Source of the DNA: Anaerolineae bacterium
GTDB taxonomy: Bacteria > Chloroflexota > Anaerolineae > JACIWP01
Direction: 5' to 3'
Length of the DNA stretch: 32,835 bases
NCBI GenBank assembly: GCA_014360855.1
Contig: JACIWP010000001.1
Span: 1 to 32,835, forward strand
Part shown: piece by piece, positions 7,168-15,522 of the stretch
How the letters are laid out: each line of letters opens with the position of its first letter
Numbering within the stretch: the stretch's first letter is position 1
Notes under the pieces: generated by a model
Told to the model about the DNA's origin: nothing
The model's input: only the letters and a program-made list of their open reading frames with translations
The model's database searches: none
Translations under genes and position numbers: made by a program

Positions 7168-10100
7168 GTGGCGGAAAAGGCTCCCGTCAGCGCTGCATTG
7201 GTGATTGGTGGAGGTGTAGCCGGCCAACGCGCGGCGTTGGACATTGCGGAGGCAGGTTTCCCCGTCTATCTGGTGGAGAATGGCCCCAGCCTCGGTGGAA
7301 TCGTCGCCCAACTCGGTTTCATGTTCCCCACGCATGACTGCGTCCTCTGTCGGGGCGGGCGAGACCATGGGTACGGCTGTACCCGACCGGCCATTTCCCC
7401 AGCCTTCCACGAACACAGCCGGCATCCCAACATCCACGTCCATACCAGCACCGAGGTGCTCTCTGTGGAGGGCAGGGCCGGCGATTTCACCGTCCACCTG
7501 CGCCAACGCCCCCAGTACGTGAACCCCGAACGCTGTATCAACTGCGGCAAATGTGCCGAAGTCTGCCCGATTGAGATTGAAAACCCCTTCCACGAAGGGC
7601 TTGCCAAACGCAAGCTGATCGACAAGGATACCGGCCGGCTTATCCCCGACAGCTATTACCTCTGGGAGAAAGCGGAATACTGCGAGACTTGTCATAAGTG
7701 CGAGCCGGTCTGTCCCACCCAGGCTGTGAACCTGTCCGCCCAGCCGAAGGAGTGGGAGGTGCAGGTCGGCGCCATCGTCCTGTCCACGGGCTACCGCCTG
7801 TTTGATCCTCGCGAGTACGAGGAATACGGCTATAAGCGCTTCCCCAACGTGCTGACGAGCCTGGAATTCGAGCGGCTGGTGAGCAACAACGGCCCGTTAA
7901 TGGGGCATTTTGTGACGCCGGCCACCGGCGAGAAGCCGAAGAGCATCGCCTGGCTCCAGTGCGTCGGCTCGCGCGATCACCGCTATCCCTGGTGCTCCGC
8001 CATCTGCTGTATGCATGCCACGAAAGAGGCGATCCTGGCCAAGGAGCGCATCGGCCAGGATGTCGCCTGCCGCATTTTCCTCATGGATCAGCGCACCTTT
8101 AACAAGGAATATCATGCTTACTACGAGCGCTCGCGCGAGCTGTACGGCGTGGAGTATATCCGCTCGCGCATCTCTGGCCTGCGGCAGGACCCCAAGACGA
8201 AGCAGATTTACCTGCGCTGGCGCGATGAGGCCGGCAAGTTCCACGAAGAACCGTATGATGTGGTCGTGCTCTCGGTGGGCGTGCATCCGCCCGAGCAGTC
8301 GGAGCGGGTGGCGCGCATGCTGGGCATTGACCTGAACGATTACGGCTTCTGCCACACGGAGAAATTCGCCCCGGTGGCGACCACGCGCGCCGGCGTGTTC
8401 GCCGCCGGCGCTGTCTCCGCCCCGCGCGAGATGGCCGAGGCCTTCACGACCTCGACGGCGGCGGCCAACGAGGTGATCCAGCTCCTCTCGACACTGCGCA
8501 AGCCGGAACTGCCGGCGCGTCCTCAGCCGGCAATGCCAGAAGGGCCGGCCCGGGTCGGGGTGTTCGTCTGCCGGTGCGGCGGGACCATCGAGGGGAAAAT
8601 AGACACGGCGGACGTGGCGATGTACGCCGCGACCCTGCCTCAGGTGGTCTACGCGACGGCGGTGGACTTCCCCTGCCTGGCCGAGGGGCAGGAAGAGATC
8701 CGCAAGGCCATCGCCGTGCATGGGCTGAACCGCCTGGTGGTGGCCGGCTGTAGCGTCCGCACGCACCTGGCCCTGTTCGAGCGGCTGGCGGAAGAGGCCG
8801 GCATCCCGCGCGGCCTGGTCAGCATGGCCAATATCCGCGAGCAAGCGGCCTGGGTGCATCCGAACCCGGCGGACGCCAGGCGCAAGGCCAAGGAGCTGAC
8901 CCGTGTGGCCGTGGTGCGGGTGGTCAAGGGCCAGCCGGTCAAAATAGATACCATTGATCCCATCCCAGAGGTGCTGGTGCTGGGCGGCGGCGTGGCCGGC
9001 ATGACCGCCGCGCTAGAGCTGGCCAATGCCGGCCTGGGCGTGACCCTGGTGGAAAAGACGGACCAGCTCGGCGGCATCGTGCGCCGCAAATATCACCTGG
9101 TCGAAGGGCAGGACCCCCAGCAGTACGTCCAGGCGCTGGTGAACCAGGTGCTGAAGCACGCGCGCATCAAGGTGCTGACCAATACCCGGCTAGTGAGTCA
9201 GAGCGGCCGACCGGGGCGCTTCCGCTCGGTGCTCCAGCATGTGGACGACGGCAGGACCGAGGAAATCGCCCTGGAGCACGGCGCGACGGTGCTGGCCATC
9301 GGTGGGGTGCCGTATGCCGGCCACGAGTACTTGCTGGGCCAGCATCCCCAGGCGATCAGCCAGCTCGAGCTGGAGCGCATCCTGGTGGAGGAGCCGGAGC
9401 GTGTCAAAGGCCTGCGCCAGGTCGTCATGATCCAGTGCGTCGGCCGGGATGAGGCCCCGCACTCCCCCTGCAGTCGCATTTGCTGTACCGGTGCGGTGGG
9501 CAACGCGCTGAAGATCAAAGAGCTGAACCCGTCCTGTCAGGTATATGTGTTGTACCGCGATGTGATGACCTACGGCCCGCGCGAGGCGTATTACACGGCG
9601 GCGCGCGAGAAGGGCGTGCTGTTCGTGCGCTACGACCCGGCCGAAAAGCCGGTGGTCAGCGCGACCCCGCAGGGCCTGGTGGTGAAGGTGCGGGAGCGCA
9701 CGCTCAACGAGATGCTGGAACTGCGGCCGGACCTGCTGGCGCTGAGCACGGTGACCCAGCCGGCGCCGGATGTGGCCGATGTCGCCTGGCGGTTGGGATT
9801 GCCCCTCTCGCCGGAGGGCTTCTTCCAGGAAGCGCATACCAAGATGCGTCCCACCGAGTTTGTGAAGCCGGGCGTGTACGTCGCCGGCCTGGCCCACTAT
9901 CCTAAGTTCATCGAGGACTCCGTCGCGCAGGCCAAAGCGGTTTCGGCGCAGATCATGCAGTGGCTGGGGCACGGCCCGGTGCAGGTTGGCGGCCTGGTGG
10001 CGGAGGTCAATCAGGAGCGCTGTGTGGGCTGTCTGACCTGCGTGCGCATCTGCCCTTATCATGCGCCGTACATTGACTATTCGGTGCCTGGCATCGGCGG

Positions 10101-10269
10101 CATCATGGGCGCGGCATATATTGACCCTGCCCGCTGTCAGGGTTGCGGGTTGTGCACCGCCGAGTGTCCCAATAAGGCCATTCAGTTGTACGGTTACCAG
10201 GACGACGTGCTGATGGACCCGGCCATGCCGGTGCTGGGGCGCTGGGAAGTGCCTTCGCCGGCGGCGTAA
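7168..10269 (+). CDS. hdrA: Heterodisulfide reductase subunit A-like flavoprotein, tandem two-module form (about 1033 aa)
   Basis: Start moved to GTG 7168 (AAGGAG at 7154-7159, 8-nt spacer). The track's 7111 is a TTG with no RBS. Two GGGVAG dinucleotide-binding motifs (nt 7207-7224 and 8983-9000). FPTHDCVLC motif. Two CVGSR/CVGR..C..ICC motifs. Four CxxCxxCxxxCP ferredoxin motifs. A Cys-rich VFVCRCGG domain between the modules. Confidence 0.9.
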   Translation: MAEKAPVSAALVIGGGVAGQRAALDIAEAGFPVYLVENGPSLGGIVAQLGFMFPTHDCVLCRGGRDHGYGCTRPAISPAFHEHSRHPNIHVHTSTEVLSVEGRAGDFTVHLRQRPQYVNPERCINCGKCAEVCPIEIENPFHEGLAKRKLIDKDTGRLIPDSYYLWEKAEYCETCHKCEPVCPTQAVNLSAQPKEWEVQVGAIVLSTGYRLFDPREYEEYGYKRFPNVLTSLEFERLVSNNGPLMGHFVTPATGEKPKSIAWLQCVGSRDHRYPWCSAICCMHATKEAILAKERIGQDVACRIFLMDQRTFNKEYHAYYERSRELYGVEYIRSRISGLRQDPKTKQIYLRWRDEAGKFHEEPYDVVVLSVGVHPPEQSERVARMLGIDLNDYGFCHTEKFAPVATTRAGVFAAGAVSAPREMAEAFTTSTAAANEVIQLLSTLRKPELPARPQPAMPEGPARVGVFVCRCGGTIEGKIDTADVAMYAATLPQVVYATAVDFPCLAEGQEEIRKAIAVHGLNRLVVAGCSVRTHLALFERLAEEAGIPRGLVSMANIREQAAWVHPNPADARRKAKELTRVAVVRVVKGQPVKIDTIDPIPEVLVLGGGVAGMTAALELANAGLGVTLVEKTDQLGGIVRRKYHLVEGQDPQQYVQALVNQVLKHARIKVLTNTRLVSQSGRPGRFRSVLQHVDDGRTEEIALEHGATVLAIGGVPYAGHEYLLGQHPQAISQLELERILVEEPERVKGLRQVVMIQCVGRDEAPHSPCSRICCTGAVGNALKIKELNPSCQVYVLYRDVMTYGPREAYYTAAREKGVLFVRYDPAEKPVVSATPQGLVVKVRERTLNEMLELRPDLLALSTVTQPAPDVADVAWRLGLPLSPEGFFQEAHTKMRPTEFVKPGVYVAGLAHYPKFIEDSVAQAKAVSAQIMQWLGHGPVQVGGLVAEVNQERCVGCLTCVRICPYHAPYIDYSVPGIGGIMGAAYIDPARCQGCGLCTAECPNKAIQLYGYQDDVLMDPAMPVLGRWEVPSPAA

Positions 10270-10300
10270 TGCAGGCAGTGCGGAAGATGGGGAAGGCGAT

Positions 10301-10738
10301 ATGAGCGAAACACCGTTTGAACCTGAGATCACAGCCTTTGTGTGTCAGTACTGCGGGGATATGGCGGCGGATTCGGCCGGCTGGAACCGCATCAGCTATC
10401 CGGCCAACGTCAAAATCGTGCGCCTGCCCTGCACCGGCAAGGTGGACGTGCATCACATCCTGAACGCCTTCGAGCACGGCGCGGACGGCGTCTATGTGGT
10501 GGCGTGCCCGGAGGGCAACTGTCATCATATCAACGGCAACCTGTCCGCCAAGCGCCGTGTCACCTACGCCAAGTCCCTGCTGGACGAGGTGGGGGTGGGG
10601 GGCAACCGCCTGGAAATGTTCCATGTGACCGCGGCGCAGGGGGATGAATTCGCCCGCATCGCCGCGGAGATGACGGAGCGCATTCGGGCCCTGGGGCCGT
10701 CGCCGGTGCGGCGGGCCATGGGGAAATCGAGCGGGTGA
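10301..10738 (+). CDS. mvhD: MvhD/FlpD-type [2Fe-2S] protein (methyl-viologen-reducing hydrogenase delta-subunit family)
   Basis: 145 aa. Family Cys pattern FVCQYCG..LPCTGKVD..VVACPEGNCHH. Directly follows hdrA. Confidence 0.92.
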   Translation: MSETPFEPEITAFVCQYCGDMAADSAGWNRISYPANVKIVRLPCTGKVDVHHILNAFEHGADGVYVVACPEGNCHHINGNLSAKRRVTYAKSLLDEVGVGGNRLEMFHVTAAQGDEFARIAAEMTERIRALGPSPVRRAMGKSSG

Positions 10739-10778
10739 GGGAAGCGGCTATTTGCACACCGTTTGTGGAGGATAACGC

Positions 10779-11447
10779 ATGATCATTGCGCAACGCAAAC
10801 CGCTGGAAGAGATCAAGGAGATGGTCGCCTCGTACGAGAAGGTGCTGGTGTTGGGGTGCGGCACCTGTGTGGCGGTCTGTTTCGCCGGCGGAGAGAAAGA
10901 GGCCAAACTGCTCGCCTCCGAACTGCGCATGGCGCGGCAGATGGAAGGCAAACCCACACAGATCATTGACCACACCATTCAGCGCCAGTGCGAGTGGGAG
11001 TTCATTGATCCCATCAAAGAGCTGGTCGCCTCGGTGGACGCCGTGGTTTCGACCGCCTGCGGCATCGGCGTGCAGGGTATGGCGGAGCGCTTTGAGGACA
11101 AGCCCATTTTCCCCGGCGTGAACACCACCTTCCTGGGCATGCCGGTCCAGCCGGGGGAGTTTGTGGAGCGCTGTCAGGCCTGCGGGGACTGCATCCTGGA
11201 CCTGACGGGCGGGGTGTGTCCGGTGGCGCGCTGTGCCAAGAGCCTGATGAACGGGCCGTGCGGCGGCTCCCAGAACGGCAAGTGTGAGGTGAACCCGGAA
11301 ACGCCCTGCGCGTGGCAGTTGATTTATGACCGGCTGGCGAAGCTGGGCCAGTTGGAGCGCATGATGGAAATCATGCCGGCCAAGGACTGGTCTACCAGCC
11401 GCGACGGCGGCCTGCGCAAGATCATTCGGGAGGATTTGAAGCTATGA
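10779..11447 (+). CDS. metV: Methylene-THF reductase accessory subunit MetV (MTHFR C-terminal-domain family)
   Basis: 222 aa. Cys-rich GCGTCVAVC and ARCAKSLMNGPCGGSQNGKCEV signatures. GGAGGA RBS 6 nt upstream. ATGA overlap with metF. Confidence 0.92.
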   Translation: MIIAQRKPLEEIKEMVASYEKVLVLGCGTCVAVCFAGGEKEAKLLASELRMARQMEGKPTQIIDHTIQRQCEWEFIDPIKELVASVDAVVSTACGIGVQGMAERFEDKPIFPGVNTTFLGMPVQPGEFVERCQACGDCILDLTGGVCPVARCAKSLMNGPCGGSQNGKCEVNPETPCAWQLIYDRLAKLGQLERMMEIMPAKDWSTSRDGGLRKIIREDLKL

Positions 11448-12433
11448 GCGGGGACAACGGCAAGGAACTGGTCGTCGGAAGCAAACTCGAACGCCTCTTG
11501 AAGGCCGGCCATTTTGTCGTCACAGGCGAGCTGGGTCCCCCTCAGAACGCGGACCGTTCGGTCATCGAGAAAAAGGCCGGCTATCTGCGCGATGCCGTCG
11601 ATGCGGTCAATATCACCGATAACCAGACGGCGGTGGTGCGCATGTGCTCCATGGCGGTGGCCAAGATGCTCATTGAACTGGGCATCGAACCCATCATGCA
11701 GATGACCTGCCGCGACCGCAACCGCATCGCTATCCAGAGCGACCTGCTGGGCGCCTATGCCCTGGGCGTGCGCAATCTGCTGTGCCTGACGGGCGACCAT
11801 CAGAGCTTCGGCAATCACCCGCAGGCCAAGAACGTGCATGATCTGGACTCCATCACCCTGATCCAGATGGTGCGCCAGATGCGCGATGCGAAGAAGTTCC
11901 AGTGCGGCGAGGAGATCAAGGGGCAGGAGCCGCGCTTCTTCGTCGGCGGCGCGATCAACCCCTTTGCGGATCCCTTTGACTTCCGGCCGTTCCGCCTGGC
12001 GAAAAAGGTAAAAGCCGGCGTGGAGTTCGTGCAGAGCCAGCTCATCTTTAACGTGCCGAAGTTCCGCGAGTACATGAAGCGCTGTGGAGACCTGGGCCTG
12101 CTGGACAAGGTGTATGTCCTGGCCGGCGTCGGCCCCATCAAATCTCTGGGCGCGGCCCGCTACATGGCCAATAACGTGCCGGGTATGGATGTCCCGCAGG
12201 AGTACATTGACCGCATGGCTAATGCCGTCAAGGGCATCCCCCAGGAGGATAAGAAAGCGCGCCGCGAGGCCTGGGAGCGCGAGGGCATCAAGATCTGTGC
12301 CGAGATCATCCAGCAGGTGAAGGAGATTCCTGGGGTGGCCGGCGTGCACATCATGGCCATCGAGTGGGAAAGCGCAGTTCCCGAGATCGTGAAAGAGGCC
12401 GGCCTGCTACCTCGACCCAAGCTGGAGGCATAA
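11444..12433 (+). CDS. metF: 5,10-methylenetetrahydrofolate reductase
   Basis: 329 aa. MTHFR TIM-barrel family pattern (VTGELGPP, NITDNQ, MTCRDRNR, CLTGDH). Translationally coupled to metV. Confidence 0.93.
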   Translation: MSGDNGKELVVGSKLERLLKAGHFVVTGELGPPQNADRSVIEKKAGYLRDAVDAVNITDNQTAVVRMCSMAVAKMLIELGIEPIMQMTCRDRNRIAIQSDLLGAYALGVRNLLCLTGDHQSFGNHPQAKNVHDLDSITLIQMVRQMRDAKKFQCGEEIKGQEPRFFVGGAINPFADPFDFRPFRLAKKVKAGVEFVQSQLIFNVPKFREYMKRCGDLGLLDKVYVLAGVGPIKSLGAARYMANNVPGMDVPQEYIDRMANAVKGIPQEDKKARREAWEREGIKICAEIIQQVKEIPGVAGVHIMAIEWESAVPEIVKEAGLLPRPKLEA

Positions 12434-12443
12434 GGAGTCGCCC

Positions 12444-13892
12444 ATGAGCGGGAAAAACGGCGGCAAACCGCTGAGCCAGCTTATCACCGAACTCAGCGGA
12501 GAGAATATCTACCGGTGTTATCAGTGTCAGCGCTGTACCAACGGCTGTCCCTTTGCCGAGTTCTTTGATATCCCGCCCCATGAGCTGATCCGGCGCCTGC
12601 AGTTCGGCCAGGATGAGGTCTGCCTGACCGCCAAAACCACCTGGCTCTGTGCTGCCTGCCAGACCTGCAATACGCGCTGTCCGCAGGACATTGACGTGGC
12701 GCGGGTGTTTGACATCGTCAAGATCGAGGCGCAGGAGCGCGGATTGAAGCCGGCGGAGTTCCCCGTCAAGGCCTTCTACGATGCCGGCATGCGCAACATC
12801 CGCTGGTTTGGCCGGCTGTATGAGCTGGGGCTGATGGCCGAGCTGTACGGGAAGATGTTCTTCCGCGGCGAGCTGGACCTGGGCCGGCTTTTCTCTAAAG
12901 ACCTGCCCATGGCCCTGCGCATGCTGCGTGCCGGCAAGCTGAAAATCTTCCCCTCCATCGCGCGCGGCTCGCAGACGCGACCTATCCCGAAGCCGGCCGG
13001 CAAGAAGGCCATCGGCTATTATCCCGGCTGTTCCCTGCATGCGACTGCCATCGAGTTCGGCAGGTCCATGGAGGCAGTGGCGGAAGCCCTGGACCTGGCG
13101 CTGATCGAGCCGAACGGATGGGTATGCTGTGGTACCTCGCCGGCGCATTCCAGTGATCATGTGCTGGCTACCGCACTGCCGCTGGAGAACCTGGCGCTGA
13201 TCGAGAAGGCCGGCTGTGATGCGGTAACGGTGCCTTGTGCTTCCTGCTTCTCCCGCTTCAAAATGGCGGTGGCGCATGTGGATGACAATCCTGCGCTGAA
13301 GCGGGAGGTCGAGGAGCTGGTGCGCAAGCGCCGCGGTTTCGTCTATCACGGCGGTGTGGATGTCCAGCATATCCTCGAGACCTTCGAGGAATATGTCGGG
13401 CTGGACGCCATCCGGGAGAAGGTGCGCCGGCCGCTGAAGGGGCTGAAGTTCGTGTCCTACTACGGCTGTCTCATCACCCGCCCGCCGAAAGTCACCGAGG
13501 CCCCGCATCCTGAGAACCCCATGAACATGGAGCATATCATTGAGGCGCTGGGCGGGGAGAACCTGGACTGGAACTACAAGACCGCCTGCTGTGGCGGGTC
13601 CCTGTCCCTCAGCGAGCTGGATATGGCGTTGAGCATGATTGCCCGCATCGTGGGAGAGGCGCGGGAGGTGGGCGCGGATGCCATCGTGGTGGCCTGTCCG
13701 CTCTGCCACGCTAACCTGGATATGCGCCAGGATATGCTGGAAAGCGCGGAGAAGCCCATCCCGGTGGTGTATATTACCGAACTGATGGGACTGGCGTTCG
13801 GAATGCCCCCCAAAGAGCTGGGGCTGGATAAGCACCTGGCACCCACCGACGGGCTGGTACAGCGCATCCTGGGAGAGCCGGCCCGTGTCTGA
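12444..13892 (+). CDS. Fused HdrC-HdrB protein (HdrD-like, no TM segments seen)
   Basis: 482 aa. The N-terminal third has two CxxCxxCxxxCP motifs (CYQCQRCTNGCP, CAACQTCNTRCP), as in HdrC. The C-terminal part has two CCG-domain signatures (WVCCGTS, TACCGGS plus CPLCH), as in HdrB. AAGGAG RBS 6 nt upstream. Confidence 0.9.
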   Translation: MSGKNGGKPLSQLITELSGENIYRCYQCQRCTNGCPFAEFFDIPPHELIRRLQFGQDEVCLTAKTTWLCAACQTCNTRCPQDIDVARVFDIVKIEAQERGLKPAEFPVKAFYDAGMRNIRWFGRLYELGLMAELYGKMFFRGELDLGRLFSKDLPMALRMLRAGKLKIFPSIARGSQTRPIPKPAGKKAIGYYPGCSLHATAIEFGRSMEAVAEALDLALIEPNGWVCCGTSPAHSSDHVLATALPLENLALIEKAGCDAVTVPCASCFSRFKMAVAHVDDNPALKREVEELVRKRRGFVYHGGVDVQHILETFEEYVGLDAIREKVRRPLKGLKFVSYYGCLITRPPKVTEAPHPENPMNMEHIIEALGGENLDWNYKTACCGGSLSLSELDMALSMIARIVGEAREVGADAIVVACPLCHANLDMRQDMLESAEKPIPVVYITELMGLAFGMPPKELGLDKHLAPTDGLVQRILGEPARV

Positions 13893-13928
13893 GATGAGCG
13901 AGATCTCACCATTCTTAGGGAGGAACGC

Positions 13929-14552
13929 ATGATCACTGAGAATCCCGTCACGACCTTCCTGGACGAGCTGGCCAGCGCCAAGCCGGCGCCGGGCGGGGGC
14001 AGCGCGGCGGCATTGTGCGGTGCGCTGGGAGCGGCCCTGGTGAGCATGGTCTGCAACCTCACCGTCGGCAAAAAGAAATACGCCGATGTGGAGGGGGAGA
14101 TCAAGGGCATCCTCGAGAAATCCGAGGAACTGCGGCGCCGCTTCGTCCAACTGATCGAAGATGACATCGCGGCATACACGGCCGTCTCGGAAGCCTTCAA
14201 GATGCCGCGCGACACGGAGGAACAGAAGGCAGCGCGCGAGGAGGCCATCCAGAAGGCGCTGAAGGCCGCCGTCGTCCCGCCGATGCGCATGGTGGAGGCC
14301 AGTGTGGAGACGCTGAAGCTGTGCATGCCGGTGGCGGAAAAGGGCAACGTCAACGCGGTGAGCGACGCCGGCGTGGCGGCGGTGGCGGCCGAGGCCTGCA
14401 TGCGCTCCGCGGCCATGAACGTGCTCATTAACCTGGGGCAAATTGCCGACCAGGAGTTTGTGGCACAACAGCGTGCCCGGCTCGATGAACTCATGCGGGG
14501 CATGTCCGAATTGAAGGAACAGGTGGTCGCGTACGTGGTGGCCAAGCTCTGA
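13929..14552 (+). CDS. fchA: Methenyl-THF cyclohydrolase (cyclodeaminase/FTCD C-terminal domain family)
   Basis: 207 aa, all-helical. Family N-terminal signature KPAPGGGSAAALCGALGAAL. GGGAGGA RBS. Confidence 0.88.
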   Translation: MITENPVTTFLDELASAKPAPGGGSAAALCGALGAALVSMVCNLTVGKKKYADVEGEIKGILEKSEELRRRFVQLIEDDIAAYTAVSEAFKMPRDTEEQKAAREEAIQKALKAAVVPPMRMVEASVETLKLCMPVAEKGNVNAVSDAGVAAVAAEACMRSAAMNVLINLGQIADQEFVAQQRARLDELMRGMSELKEQVVAYVVAKL

Positions 14553-14592
14553 CAGCCGGCCGCCCGGAAAATCAGGGAGGAGGGTGCACGGA

Positions 14593-15450
14593 ATGACAGC
14601 GCAACTGCTGGATGGGAAGGCGCTGGCCAAGACCATGCAGGAGGAGGTCAGCGCGGAGATTCAGGCCTTTAAGGAGGCTACTGGGGTTACCCCGAAGCTG
14701 GTGGTCGTGCGCGCCGGCGAGGACCCCGCCTCGGTAAGCTATGCCAACGCTATCGCCAAGACCTGCGAGAAGTACGGCGTTGCCTTTGAGCTGAAGGCCC
14801 TGCCCGAAAGCGCCTCGCAGGCGGAGATGGTGAGCCTGGTACAGAGCCTCTCTGCGGATGCCAGCGTCCACGGCATCATGGTGCAGGAGCCGATGCCCAA
14901 GGGCATTGATCCCGCGGCGGTCATCGCGGCGCTGTCGCCGGCCAAGGACGTGGACGGCGTACATCCGCTGAACGCCGGCCTGCTGATGGAGGGCAAGGGC
15001 GATTTCTTCGCGCCGGCGACCCCCTCCGGCGGCATGGAGATCCTGCGCCGCTACAACGTGCCCATCAAGGGCAAGCATGCGGTGGTGGTGGGGCGCTCCA
15101 ATATCGTCGGCAAGCCTATGGCTCTCCTGCTCCTGCATGAGCACGCCACGGTGACCATCTGCCACTCCCGCACGGTGGACTTGGGGGCGGTGACGCGCCA
15201 GGGAGATATCCTGGTGGCGGCCGTGGGCAAGGCACGCCTGATCACCGGCGACATGGTGAAACCGGGTGCGGTGGTGATTGATTTCGGCGTGAATTTCGAG
15301 GACGGCAAGATGGTCGGGGATGTGGATTTCGAGTCGGCCAAGGAGGTGGCCGGCATGATCACCCCGGTCCCGGGTGGTACTGGCCCGATGACCAATGTGA
15401 TGCTGATGAAGAACGTGTTGGCGGCCGCCAAACGCCAGGTCTCGGCATAA
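14593..15450 (+). CDS. folD: Bifunctional methylene-THF dehydrogenase / methenyl-THF cyclohydrolase
   Basis: Start moved to ATG 14593 (MTAQLLDGKALA), which has better spacing from GGGAGGAGG than the track's GTG 14584. Motifs GRSNIVGKPMALLL and PGGTGPMT. Confidence 0.93.
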   Translation: MTAQLLDGKALAKTMQEEVSAEIQAFKEATGVTPKLVVVRAGEDPASVSYANAIAKTCEKYGVAFELKALPESASQAEMVSLVQSLSADASVHGIMVQEPMPKGIDPAAVIAALSPAKDVDGVHPLNAGLLMEGKGDFFAPATPSGGMEILRRYNVPIKGKHAVVVGRSNIVGKPMALLLLHEHATVTICHSRTVDLGAVTRQGDILVAAVGKARLITGDMVKPGAVVIDFGVNFEDGKMVGDVDFESAKEVAGMITPVPGGTGPMTNVMLMKNVLAAAKRQVSA

Positions 15451-15522
15451 CGCCGGCCGGTGCGGTGGATATCACCTGCGGAAGCAGAGGTTTTTATCAC
15501 ACATTTTGAAGGAGGAAAGGAC

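Noticed and set aside
11444-12470. Similar N-termini and start contexts of MetF (MSGDNGK, ATGAGCGGGGACAACGGC) and HdrCB (MSGKNGGK, ATGAGCGGGAAAAACGGC). Also the shared AACGCATGATCA at the metV and fchA starts.
   Set aside because: The matches are only 12-18 nt long and lie in constrained translation-initiation regions. That is too short to separate chance or codon preference from duplication without genome-wide statistics.
12351-14636. 761-aa minus-strand ORF antisense to hdrCB, fchA and part of metF
   Set aside because: Typical high-GC shadow ORF. Its translation is Arg/Gly/His/Leu-rich with no recognisable motifs, while the plus-strand frames carry unmistakable HdrC/HdrB/FchA signatures with proper RBSs.
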